A DNA stretch of 64,000 nucleotides. Source: a virus (lineage: Duplodnaviria; Caudoviricetes). The DNA is taken from the IMG/VR virus record IMGVR_UViG_3300031993_000012, positions 118,216 through 182,215 of that record, one strand, 5' to 3'. The notes under the pieces are model-generated. The model was not told the DNA's origin. It was given only the letters and a program-made list of their open reading frames with translations, and made no database searches. A program made the position numbers and the translations under genes. Positions within the stretch are counted from its first letter, which is position 1. Each line of letters opens with the position of its first letter. Below are positions 46,831-56,569 of the stretch, piece after piece.

Positions 46831-48894
46831 TTAATATCCGATATATGTATATGTGTTCGGATTTGGATAATTAGTAGCATATTTGTATGTATTGAGTGAA
46901 CTGTTTGGAACATAAATAATACACGTTGTCGGCACATTTGTCCAAACATTACTATTGGCGATTGATGGTGGTGTTATTGATCTAAATCGAATTGATTGTA
47001 GTGAATAACAACCCTGGAAAGCACTACTACCAATACTAGTAACATGCGAGCCGATTGTTAATGATGTTAATGAATAACAACTCTGGAAAACACTAGTACC
47101 AATACTAGTAACTGAATCCGGGACTGTGGTTGTTATTAATGATTGACAATTCTGGAAAGCATAACTACCAATACTAATAACTCCAGAGCCGATCGTTAAT
47201 GATGTTAATGAAAAACAATTCTGGAAAGCATTACTACCAATACTAGTAACTGAATCAGGAATAACCAATGTTCGTAATGGATAAAGATGACACATAGCAT
47301 AATCACCAATACTAGTAACATGGCTACCAAATGTTATTGTTTGTAATGCGTTACAGTAGTTGAATGCATATCGATCAATGGTAATATTATTGGTATTAGG
47401 AATAATGAGGCTTTTCAATGGAGTATAATTAAATGCATTATCACCAATTTTAGTGAGATTAGATGGTAAAGTTACATCTGTTAACGCCTGACAAAAATAG
47501 AAGGCATATGCACCAATTTCAGTAATACTATCAGGGATATTGATTGAGAGTAATGATTTACACCAGTAAAAAACATAATCGGCAATATTGTTGACTGAAT
47601 AACTGAGTGATGCAACTGTCAGTGAAGCACAAAAATAGAAAGCATTCATACCAATACTTGTTACTCCATTCGGAATAACAATTGCTGACAAACTTGTGAA
47701 ATTAAAAGCGTTATTACCAATTTTGGTGACTGACGCCGAGGTCATTATGACTTCTTTTAATGAATAACAATTATAGAAAGCATAATCACCGATTTCACGT
47801 ACATCTGGACCAATAAGGATCTTTTGGATTGCATTGGCATAAGCAATATTCGCTGAACTTGATGATTCATTACCATCCCATAATAGTGTAGACATGTATG
47901 TGATTGATGATTTTAAGTCAAAACGACCACGGTTTCGTGAAATTTTAATCACATAATCTCCTGGATTAGAATAATTATGTCGTTTACTATAGAATCCAGC
48001 ATTTGATGATGATAGTGTGTCAATATAACCACCGTCTCCCCAATTAACATAATAGGTTGACTGTGAATCTAAATATAATTGTAACATTGGACTTTTTCGT
48101 TCGGCGGTAAGAGTGATAAATATTTTTGTTTCAAAAAAATTATACACTGCTCCGATAATTAACGAACCATGATTATTCACATACTCTACAGCTTTATTAA
48201 ACTGCCAATTCCAACTAGAACTTCCAATCTCAGGACGATTAGGTGATGGTGGAAAAGATGTTAATGATAAAAACTCTTCTTTTGTATATGCTGCAAGTAT
48301 AGTTCCATCGTAATCAACAAACTTGACTGGTTTTCCTCTGTCCAAAGTTTTAACTACAACGCTGCTATATCCATCAGCGTTATCCGATGATGCTGTGTAT
48401 GTTCCATTTTCAGTAATCGTTTTTGTTTTATATGTAGGAACATATGTATCGACAGTCACTTTACTGTAGCCATCGGCATCATCGTCAGACGGTAAATATG
48501 TTCCATTCTCAGTAACTGTTTTCTCGATCAATACTGGTGCCGGTGGTGGCACTGGTGTATTTACAGTTACTTTACTATAGCCATCAGCATGGTCATCGAC
48601 TGCCATGTATACACCATTTTCAGTAATGGTTTTCTCAACGACGATTGGTAACCGACCACCACCTCCACGTGGAAAGTATTCATAAAAGTTGACACCACTG
48701 ATAGTACGACCATTCTCATCGGTAATCCAATACTGTGGTAACTGTATCAACTGTCGGAGTTGCTCTTCGTTTATCTCATATCCTGTAACAGGATTCGGTT
48801 CATTGATTATCGCGATCAAACTATGGTCATCCGCAGGGATACTTTTGTCAACAACATTAACTGGAATAGTTGGTTGTTTAGCCATATATTTCAT
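46831..48894 (-). CDS. BspA-type LRR fibre protein, ~12 repeats, with three ITENGxY...ADGYSxV repeats
   Basis: LRR_5 units; N-terminus shared with 44042..44974. Confidence 0.88.
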   Translation of the reverse strand: MKYMAKQPTIPVNVVDKSIPADDHSLIAIINEPNPVTGYEINEEQLRQLIQLPQYWITDENGRTISGVNFYEYFPRGGGGRLPIVVEKTITENGVYMAVDDHADGYSKVTVNTPVPPPAPVLIEKTVTENGTYLPSDDDADGYSKVTVDTYVPTYKTKTITENGTYTASSDNADGYSSVVVKTLDRGKPVKFVDYDGTILAAYTKEEFLSLTSFPPSPNRPEIGSSSWNWQFNKAVEYVNNHGSLIIGAVYNFFETKIFITLTAERKSPMLQLYLDSQSTYYVNWGDGGYIDTLSSSNAGFYSKRHNYSNPGDYVIKISRNRGRFDLKSSITYMSTLLWDGNESSSSANIAYANAIQKILIGPDVREIGDYAFYNCYSLKEVIMTSASVTKIGNNAFNFTSLSAIVIPNGVTSIGMNAFYFCASLTVASLSYSVNNIADYVFYWCKSLLSINIPDSITEIGAYAFYFCQALTDVTLPSNLTKIGDNAFNYTPLKSLIIPNTNNITIDRYAFNYCNALQTITFGSHVTSIGDYAMCHLYPLRTLVIPDSVTSIGSNAFQNCFSLTSLTIGSGVISIGSYAFQNCQSLITTTVPDSVTSIGTSVFQSCYSLTSLTIGSHVTSIGSSAFQGCYSLQSIRFRSITPPSIANSNVWTNVPTTCIIYVPNSSLNTYKYATNYPNPNTYTYIGY

Positions 48895-48959
48895 TCCTTT
48901 CTGTATTATAGATTATTGTAGGTGGGACTTGTGTCCCACCCGTTCGTGGTTATTATTTA

Positions 48960-50174
48960 TTATTCACCAACTTTAATGAATTTACCGTTTGTCAAATCAA
49001 TAACCATTGATTCTGCAACAGTCTCTGCGGTATTGTCAGAAATGTAGTCATTGACAACTTGGTACAGAACACCTATCTCAGCATACAAAAGTTGACCCTC
49101 ATAATATTGAGTATTCTGATGATATTCAACCACGTCATATGCTTTGTTCTCCAAGGCAATGATTCTTTCTTCGAGTTCAATATTCTTAGCACGAAGCTCA
49201 TCAACTTCACTCGTGAGAGTTTCAACAGTCTCCAACAATTCGTTGACAATTTCATCAATCGGTCTGTTGAGACACTGATATACAGGATATGTGTTATATA
49301 CCCATGGCATATCACCGACGAATGCAGTGAATCTCAATTGTACACGAGTACTCATGTTAGCTTGGAATGTAGTAGTATAACCGAGTTCAGCAGTACAGTA
49401 AATTGTTTCAGTAGATTCAGCAGCATCAACGTTCTCATGATCAATAACCATTTTGGTTCTGTCTTCGTTGAATGCATAATACGGATTCAGTTCAGCATCG
49501 TTCTCAACCGTATCGATATACATTGACAATGTATCCAATCTCAGTGTATACATTCCCTGGAATGTGAGTGATGGGATATCACCAATCAATATTCCCATAT
49601 ACGAATTAACAAAATAATCACGTATATCAGTATAATGCATTGCAGAGTTCTTTACGAAACAATCAATGTGTGATTGATGTACATTTCCGCCGTTTGTATC
49701 AAATACAGTATACTCCAAACGGAATCTCACGGTTTGTTTTGCAACCGGAAGTTTTCCTTTGAGTGTTTTATATTGAGCTGATATCATATCACACAGATTA
49801 CCAAACCACAATGTATTTGTAATGTAATCATGTGTCATGTTTATTGTACCTGCAAGATTTACACATGATATATCCTGAGTACGTGAAATTCTGGTATAGA
49901 TGCTTTCGGATACAGATAATTTTGCACCGTATACCATATCAGTATTATCAATCAAATACGGTTTCTGATTGATGATTCTGAATGTGTTGTATGGCATTTT
50001 ACCGTTAACCGGAACACCTTCATGTCCGACAACATCCTGTTTTGTTACTAATGATCCCGGTGTACAACTACTGCATTGATCACATCCAACTGTATACGGA
50101 TAACATGGTGGATAGTATCCAGGAACACCGTATACAACACCAATCGGTTTATTTGTAAGATTCATATATTGCAC
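48960..50174 (-). CDS. Putative structural protein with C-terminal coiled coil
   Basis: In the late operon; heptads LLETVETLTSEVDELRAKNIELEERIIALE. Confidence 0.6.
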   Translation of the reverse strand: MQYMNLTNKPIGVVYGVPGYYPPCYPYTVGCDQCSSCTPGSLVTKQDVVGHEGVPVNGKMPYNTFRIINQKPYLIDNTDMVYGAKLSVSESIYTRISRTQDISCVNLAGTINMTHDYITNTLWFGNLCDMISAQYKTLKGKLPVAKQTVRFRLEYTVFDTNGGNVHQSHIDCFVKNSAMHYTDIRDYFVNSYMGILIGDIPSLTFQGMYTLRLDTLSMYIDTVENDAELNPYYAFNEDRTKMVIDHENVDAAESTETIYCTAELGYTTTFQANMSTRVQLRFTAFVGDMPWVYNTYPVYQCLNRPIDEIVNELLETVETLTSEVDELRAKNIELEERIIALENKAYDVVEYHQNTQYYEGQLLYAEIGVLYQVVNDYISDNTAETVAESMVIDLTNGKFIKVGE

Positions 50175-50192
50175 CTGCTTTCAATATTATTA

Positions 50193-50585
50193 TTAGTGAG
50201 CTCCAGGTGTTGTTGGTAGATCCATTACTTCTTCATGGAATGAATCCATTACGCCATTTTTACCCAGAGCATGATACTGCTGATACAGATTGTCAAAGTT
50301 GTCTTTGACGTGAAGTGGTATTTCATTCTTCGGACAATACTCATCATGAATTTCTATGAGTCTATCACGAAGTAATGCTTGAACACCACGTTCTAATGCT
50401 TCCTGGCGTCTGACATCTTCATCATGTAATTCACGTGATCGTTGTTCACTTGCTGCGCGTCTTTCATCTGACTCATTAATTCTGTTTGTGAGATATTTTA
50501 ATACCGCTGCTAATAATCCTGATGATAATAGCAACGATACTACCGATACTAAAATACCAGTCATATTTTCATCCACTACAAACAC
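50193..50585 (-). CDS. Holin-like membrane protein
   Basis: N-terminal TM, then GVQALLRDRL...LYQQYHALGKNG...VMDLP, a pattern common beside Firmicutes phage lysis/tail genes. Confidence 0.65.
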   Translation of the reverse strand: MFVVDENMTGILVSVVSLLLSSGLLAAVLKYLTNRINESDERRAASEQRSRELHDEDVRRQEALERGVQALLRDRLIEIHDEYCPKNEIPLHVKDNFDNLYQQYHALGKNGVMDSFHEEVMDLPTTPGAH

Positions 50586-50806
50586 CTACTTTCTAAAATA
50601 TAATAAAATGTTACGATGGATTTAGGTCCATCTTATGAATCGGTTTGATTCCTAGAAAATGGAAATTCCATATATATATTATTAATATGAAGAAAGAGTA
50701 AATAATATACTCAATCTTCAGTCAAATTAATCAAAACTTTTAACTGGGGTAACTGGTCTAGTCAACCAGCCTGCAAATTATCTATGCAGGTCCAGGAGGT
50801 AATCTT

Positions 50807-51235
50807 ATGACAACTACAACAAATACAAATGGAACAACAACAAAATTCGGAGTCGAGTTTCCGATTAGAGAAGTGGTCAACTATGAGCTCATCGAAAATG
50901 AGACTATCCCCACTCTTAAAATAGTATTCGACAATGGCAACGGATACTATCTCCAGCCATTCAGAAAATATTGCTTCCAGGTATCAGGAACCATAGATGG
51001 TGACGGTGATTATGGTAGCAGTAATACTTTACCTTATGAGAACCTCAAAGACCTTACAATATCAACAACAACAGCAATACTCACTGATGCTGCTAAGGCG
51101 GCAATAAAAGATTTCGAAAGCAGAAATAGTGACTGGGTAATTAGCAACATCTCCATCCCAAGAAGAACATTCGCTAAATTCATCGACGAGTGTCACAGAT
51201 GGATTTACAACAAACAGTCAGACTATATAGTCTGA
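50807..51235 (+). CDS. Hypothetical early protein
   Basis: SD AGGAGGT; duplicated early promoter at 50663-50702. Confidence 0.7.
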   Translation: MTTTTNTNGTTTKFGVEFPIREVVNYELIENETIPTLKIVFDNGNGYYLQPFRKYCFQVSGTIDGDGDYGSSNTLPYENLKDLTISTTTAILTDAAKAAIKDFESRNSDWVISNISIPRRTFAKFIDECHRWIYNKQSDYIV

Positions 51236-51460
51236 TTAACAAACAAAAATGTCCAAACGATAAAGAAGAGCTCCCCATTACGGGGAGCCATCAAAGGCTT
51301 CAAGATGACATTCCATCAGTGAATGTCATCTGCATTGTCCATTAAAGACCCCGCTTCCGAGGGAGGATAATAATATCGGAGATCATTTAAAATATTTAAT
51401 TTTAAATCTGGCGCAAGTGGAGATGTCAATCCAGCCCAATGGGTCCAGGGAGGAAAATTT

Positions 51461-51583
51461 ATGAATTCACAGGATTTAACAACACAGAACACTCAAGATG
51501 TGCATGAGGAACCCGAAATGACTGAGGAACAAATAAAACAATTAGTAGAAGCAATTAATGAAGCCTTCATGATTATCGGTTAA
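51461..51583 (+). CDS. Small acidic protein (40 aa, not in the ORF track)
   Basis: SD GGGAGG; MNSQDLTTQNTQDVHEEPEMTEEQIKQLVEAINEAFMIIG; terminator at 51590-51614. Confidence 0.55.
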   Translation: MNSQDLTTQNTQDVHEEPEMTEEQIKQLVEAINEAFMIIG

Positions 51584-51622
51584 TAATTTAGAGACTCCCA
51601 TAACGGGAGTCTCTATTTTTTG

Positions 51623-54600
51623 TTAACTTTCCCAAATATTTCGCATACGTTCTTTCAATTCTTTCAGTACTTTATTACCAGCAGCAACAATCATTACAGA
51701 AGGAATCATACGTTTTATAATCGCACCTGAAGAAATGAACATACTGATTTCTTCAGATGGTTTCTTTTCTGAATATGGTTCCAATCCTTCAGGAATCATT
51801 TCCGAGATAACTTGTTTAGATGCTGCGTAACATACACATTTATCACCAACTGATGTTGAGTTTGGATGATCAATATAAACTTCAACTAATACATCCGTGG
51901 TTATACCTTTGATACTCGCACTCTTAAGCGGTTCAGTTGGTAATGAGAATAATGTATTCATTTTATAAACTGAATTTGTTTTATCATGTTTATCCAACAT
52001 ACGGCGTTTCTTTTTATTCTCATTGAAATGATTATTAATAATCTGATACAAGGATGGTGATAATTTATCCATTGATTTAATTGTGTATATTCGTACATCA
52101 ACAACTTTTCCGGAATGTTTGGATTTCTTAACACGTTTTGCGTTATCAACCAAACTTTGTTGAGTATTGTCTTTGGTTTGGAATGCCTTCAAAAAGTTAT
52201 TAACGTTCTTGTCTTCAGTGTCACCGATGCCGAATATTACCAATGGGTCACCAACTTCAACTTCATCACCAACTTTGACAATGAAATCAATCTCATCATC
52301 AGCATTGATTTTGATATCTTGCATCATTGTAACGTGTGATGTCATTCGTTTCGACATCTTCTCGGTCATAACTCCAGCGTCTTCATATGTTGCATATGTT
52401 CCCATAAATGCGACCTTTGCAACTGGTCCCAGATTCGCACGAATAACACCATCAACACCTTTGGTGAAAAACTTATTGTGGTATGCCAATACGTCATTCT
52501 GTTTGAATTTGTCTTTTACTTTTAATGCTGTAATCAATTTATTATCAACATAGAATCCAGAGCCGGAATTAAATGAATATCTGTTGGATAACGGTATTGC
52601 TTCCTTTTTACCGGATTTATATTGTACGACCATATATTGGTCATCCATATCGATTACAGAACCATCTTCTTTTGCCATTACAGAAAATTCATCTGATAAT
52701 GCTCCGGGTAATATTTCATCAACACCATTTGAAATCAGTACCGGTTCGGAATCATCGGTTGCAATAATATGTGATGTTTGTGATGTCGCAATCGCCGTAC
52801 GAATTGCATCGTCACGCGTAACCGATGCGGGTGTTATTAATTCTGAGAATGATGTTAAATCGAAATCATTCATTTTATTAATATCCGCGTCCGCATCCGT
52901 ATAACCACGAACCGATTCAAGTTTCGGATTTGCGGTTGTTTGACGATTGATACCGATGTTGCCGTTATTCGGAGAGCTGATGGCGAGTTTACCGATCATC
53001 GATGGATCATATGCACGTTTCGTCAACTTATATGCACGATCGTTATTAACTCCTTTGAAACCTTTCTTAGTAATGTTTTCTTTTGCATGGAGTTCAACAA
53101 ACGGATTCAATGCGGATGCCGGTTCAACATTTGGTACATTTAACAATTCATTGATTACTTCATTTGGATTGAATTGTAATGGATTACCACGTACTTTCGA
53201 ACCCATGTTATTATTATAACGGGAAATCGCAAATGCCAATCTGTAATGTATAATTGCGGGAATGATTTCCGATGAACGAATACGATACAATGCCGAATTC
53301 GTTTCATTACCGGCATTATTATCCGCCAACAAGGTTGATGCATATATTAACATTCCAACAATATCATTTGGTAAATTATAATGTAAACAAACATCTGATG
53401 TTATTACATCAACAAAGAATTGATAATACGTGATGAATGTTGTGAGCTGTGAATATTGTTTAAAGAATAATTGATTGAATATATCAACGTAAATTGAATT
53501 GGAATTTGTTATTGGCGTTTCGAAATCTGATGCATTATATGCACGGGTATTGATACGATAGAATCCGTTGAATAATAATTGATTCGGGATTGTATTCGGA
53601 ATTGCCAATGATTTATCTTTGAAACGAATGATGAAATATGAATAATCATCGAATTTATTATCGACGAATTGATATCCGATATTTGCTTTTTTCAATACAT
53701 TCGTCAAACCCTCCCACGCACATATGGCCAATCCAATTGGTATCTTAATTGCATCGAGTTTACATTCTGAATACATTGAAAGTTTACCCGGTTTAGAACC
53801 ACGATATTCACGTTGTACTTCTGGTGGTAATGTATTAACGATTGTCTCGGTAATAGTTATTCCATTACGTGTTAATCCAGTTTCGGTATTAATTACAATC
53901 GGTACTTTGTTCAACATACCACAACAAAATTCATCCGGTTTAACATCAACGAACGTATACCGTTTTGCACATTCCGTACGATTGAAATATATTTCACAAT
54001 TGGATTGTTTGTTTATAAAACAGAACCATTGTTTTGCATATTCATCATATTCGATTGTGGAAATGAATGCACGATTCGATGATACGGAACTACCGGGTTT
54101 GATGTATTCGGTTTTGTTCTTCATTACCTTTACAAGCAATCCAACATCAACCAATGATTTTGTATCATAACGAGAAACCGTAATCTTATTATAATTGGAT
54201 GTGAGCATTACTGTTTTAGGATCAATCTTCAAAATTGGTATGGGAAAATCTTGCTTACCAATATTATACCAAATACCATTAAGATAGAATTTACCATTCT
54301 TAACAACCGGAACACGAATATTGATATTCGATGTACGATCCGTTTGACGATTCTTCAATGTGACATGCCAATTGTGTACCAATGATGTTGCATCAGATAC
54401 ATCAGTAACTTTTACATCAGTAACATAAAAGCCATCCGGTAATTTCGATAATTGCATGAATGTTGATACGATATCACGATCCATCAATTTATCTTCATAT
54501 TCAGATTCGATACGTGTATAACCAGTTCCTTTGCGAGCACCAACATTCAATGTTGATATATTATTTGGAACAACTCCTTTTGGTATTGGTGTATCTGTAA

Positions 54601-55909
54601 TGGATGTAATTGTATTGAAAGAAACATTGTTGAGTTTTATCTTACCAAGATTCTCACGTATCTTCAATTCACGTGCAGATGTAATTGTCTTTGTTGCATT
54701 ACCAACATTTGCAGCATCAACGGTTTTTGATAATGTCTTTGCAGTATCATCATTGATTTCTTTTTCAACAGAACCTTTTGCATCTGTATTCAATTCCTTA
54801 GCAATCTTTTCGTAATTATTAACGACATTCGTTGCGGGATTGATACGATTCATCAAACGTGCATTAACATTCATGAGTTTCGCTTTGTATACTGTATTCT
54901 TATCAATGTTTGGATTCTCTGCAACTTCACCTTCGCCGTATTTGGTTTTCAATTTATCAATCGTCGATGTGAGTTTCGATGTAATATCAGTATTCTTTTC
55001 CTGAAGATTTTTGATTTCTTCAGTTTCTGTTTCTGAAGTTTTCTCGTTAATCTCAATCGAATCTTCAACATTTGCTGGTGCAAGTTTATTCAACTTTTCA
55101 TCGATTGTTTCTTCATCATCAGATGCAAAATCATCAATACTACCACCTGCGGTATCATTATCAGTTGCAGTCATTTCTGATACAGTACCAATTGCTTTTA
55201 ACATCTTACGGAGTTTCATTGAATCAGTTTTCTGATTAAATGACATCATATCCAATTTATAATCAAACTTCTTTGTTTTGAATATGATTGTGAGTTTCAG
55301 ATGTTTCATCATATTCGGTTCATTGTATAACAGTGCCGTCAACAATGCATTCAACAAATCCGTATTATATGTATCCGGAGTTAAATCAGAATACAATTTA
55401 TAATGATTGGTATCTACAACCAATACTTTTTCTTCAGAGAAATTCCAATAATTCAATGTATGCATAAACACATTGAATATGTTTTCTTTGATTACTTGCT
55501 TTGATAATGTTCTGATGATTGTTGATACTTGTTTGAATACATCACTCATTGAGATATACAGATTGTCTTTAATGGTTTTTGGATACGGATAACGAATAAC
55601 ATTCAATTTCGGTAATAAATTTTGTTCGTTAATATACCGAATCTTGTTGACCATATCAGTTTGTGATAATTGATATCGTAATGGTTTCATACCACATATA
55701 CGATCATACACACGCTGAGGTATGATGATTGAACGATAATCGTTCTTTGGTGCTGGTAATATTTTAATTGTCTGAATATCATATTCAAATGAATTACTCA
55801 ACAAATATACCGATACATTCTCTTTACGTTCAGGGAGACGCAATAACATATGAGCTGGTACTAAATTTCCAACACTGGAGATAGCAACAGCTTCTTGGAA
55901 TATATTCAT
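51623..55909 (-). CDS. Split RNA polymerase beta subunit, large N-terminal/middle fragment (probably virion RNAP)
   Basis: SSPNNGNIGINRQ, RDDAIRTAIATSQTSH, KVAFMGTYATYEDAGVM, VKVGDEVEVGDPL and VGDKCVCYAASKQVISEMIP...IIKRM. Ends where the 3439..4182 fragment picks up. Long N-terminal extension. Confidence 0.9.
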   Translation of the reverse strand: MNIFQEAVAISSVGNLVPAHMLLRLPERKENVSVYLLSNSFEYDIQTIKILPAPKNDYRSIIIPQRVYDRICGMKPLRYQLSQTDMVNKIRYINEQNLLPKLNVIRYPYPKTIKDNLYISMSDVFKQVSTIIRTLSKQVIKENIFNVFMHTLNYWNFSEEKVLVVDTNHYKLYSDLTPDTYNTDLLNALLTALLYNEPNMMKHLKLTIIFKTKKFDYKLDMMSFNQKTDSMKLRKMLKAIGTVSEMTATDNDTAGGSIDDFASDDEETIDEKLNKLAPANVEDSIEINEKTSETETEEIKNLQEKNTDITSKLTSTIDKLKTKYGEGEVAENPNIDKNTVYKAKLMNVNARLMNRINPATNVVNNYEKIAKELNTDAKGSVEKEINDDTAKTLSKTVDAANVGNATKTITSARELKIRENLGKIKLNNVSFNTITSITDTPIPKGVVPNNISTLNVGARKGTGYTRIESEYEDKLMDRDIVSTFMQLSKLPDGFYVTDVKVTDVSDATSLVHNWHVTLKNRQTDRTSNINIRVPVVKNGKFYLNGIWYNIGKQDFPIPILKIDPKTVMLTSNYNKITVSRYDTKSLVDVGLLVKVMKNKTEYIKPGSSVSSNRAFISTIEYDEYAKQWFCFINKQSNCEIYFNRTECAKRYTFVDVKPDEFCCGMLNKVPIVINTETGLTRNGITITETIVNTLPPEVQREYRGSKPGKLSMYSECKLDAIKIPIGLAICAWEGLTNVLKKANIGYQFVDNKFDDYSYFIIRFKDKSLAIPNTIPNQLLFNGFYRINTRAYNASDFETPITNSNSIYVDIFNQLFFKQYSQLTTFITYYQFFVDVITSDVCLHYNLPNDIVGMLIYASTLLADNNAGNETNSALYRIRSSEIIPAIIHYRLAFAISRYNNNMGSKVRGNPLQFNPNEVINELLNVPNVEPASALNPFVELHAKENITKKGFKGVNNDRAYKLTKRAYDPSMIGKLAISSPNNGNIGINRQTTANPKLESVRGYTDADADINKMNDFDLTSFSELITPASVTRDDAIRTAIATSQTSHIIATDDSEPVLISNGVDEILPGALSDEFSVMAKEDGSVIDMDDQYMVVQYKSGKKEAIPLSNRYSFNSGSGFYVDNKLITALKVKDKFKQNDVLAYHNKFFTKGVDGVIRANLGPVAKVAFMGTYATYEDAGVMTEKMSKRMTSHVTMMQDIKINADDEIDFIVKVGDEVEVGDPLVIFGIGDTEDKNVNNFLKAFQTKDNTQQSLVDNAKRVKKSKHSGKVVDVRIYTIKSMDKLSPSLYQIINNHFNENKKKRRMLDKHDKTNSVYKMNTLFSLPTEPLKSASIKGITTDVLVEVYIDHPNSTSVGDKCVCYAASKQVISEMIPEGLEPYSEKKPSEEISMFISSGAIIKRMIPSVMIVAAGNKVLKELKERMRNIWES

Positions 55910-55989
55910 GCAAATTAACCTCACTTTCATTTAATTGAAACATATGTAGTTTCGATTATTAATTTGTCGATACAAAGGAGGAATTAACA

Positions 55990-56274
55990 GTGGGAAGAAA
56001 CAAAAAGATTGTAGAAATCATACCACGCAACAAATACAAAGTTGACAATGAATTTGTATGTGCGGGTGACATTATGCGTAATGGTATCGTATATGGATTA
56101 AATCCAATAATCTACAATCGTTTACTTACACCGGAGGAAAACAAAGTTCGTGTTTACAATCACATCAAGGAACGTTTTAATGTATCCTTGTCAGATGAAC
56201 AACTTTCCGAATTATGTGATAATAACCTCATGTCTGTTGCGTTCATCAAACGACTAAAGAAAATGATACGTTGA
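55990..56274 (+). CDS. Small basic hypothetical protein
   Basis: SD AAGGAGG; palindromic terminator at 56276-56303. Confidence 0.65.
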   Translation: MGRNKKIVEIIPRNKYKVDNEFVCAGDIMRNGIVYGLNPIIYNRLLTPEENKVRVYNHIKERFNVSLSDEQLSELCDNNLMSVAFIKRLKKMIR

Positions 56275-56330
56275 TTAATACCCGGGGATATCCCCGGGTA
56301 TTATATTCATTTATATTTATATCATTATTA

Positions 56331-56557
56331 TGAGAAGATAGTGAAATCCCATTACGGGAGGTGATATAGATGGATATCCAGTCGAGAATCGTTAACTGTA
56401 AACCCGACAATTCCAAAGGTGTTTACAGTTACATTGATAAACTGATAAATTCTACATGTCCAAAGAATTCATCAGACAAGATAATTCCTACTGGTATTGG
56501 TTATAAACCATAACGTTGGATTCATTCGTCATAAACCTAATCATCACTATCTTCTCA
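56331..56557 (+). ncRNA. Candidate stand-alone structured RNA / small-ORF transcript closed by a 14-bp terminal stem
   Basis: TGAGAAGATAGTGA (56331-56344) pairs perfectly with TCACTATCTTCTCA (56544-56557). It encloses a 47-aa ORF at 56370-56513 with SD GGAGGTG. Confidence 0.5.
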
Positions 56558-56569
56558 ATATTGTGTTCA

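Noticed and set aside
51240-51460. tRNA-like cloverleaf in the structured intergenic region
   Set aside because: No TTCGA T-loop, D-loop or 7-bp acceptor stem; I found no tRNA anywhere in the window.
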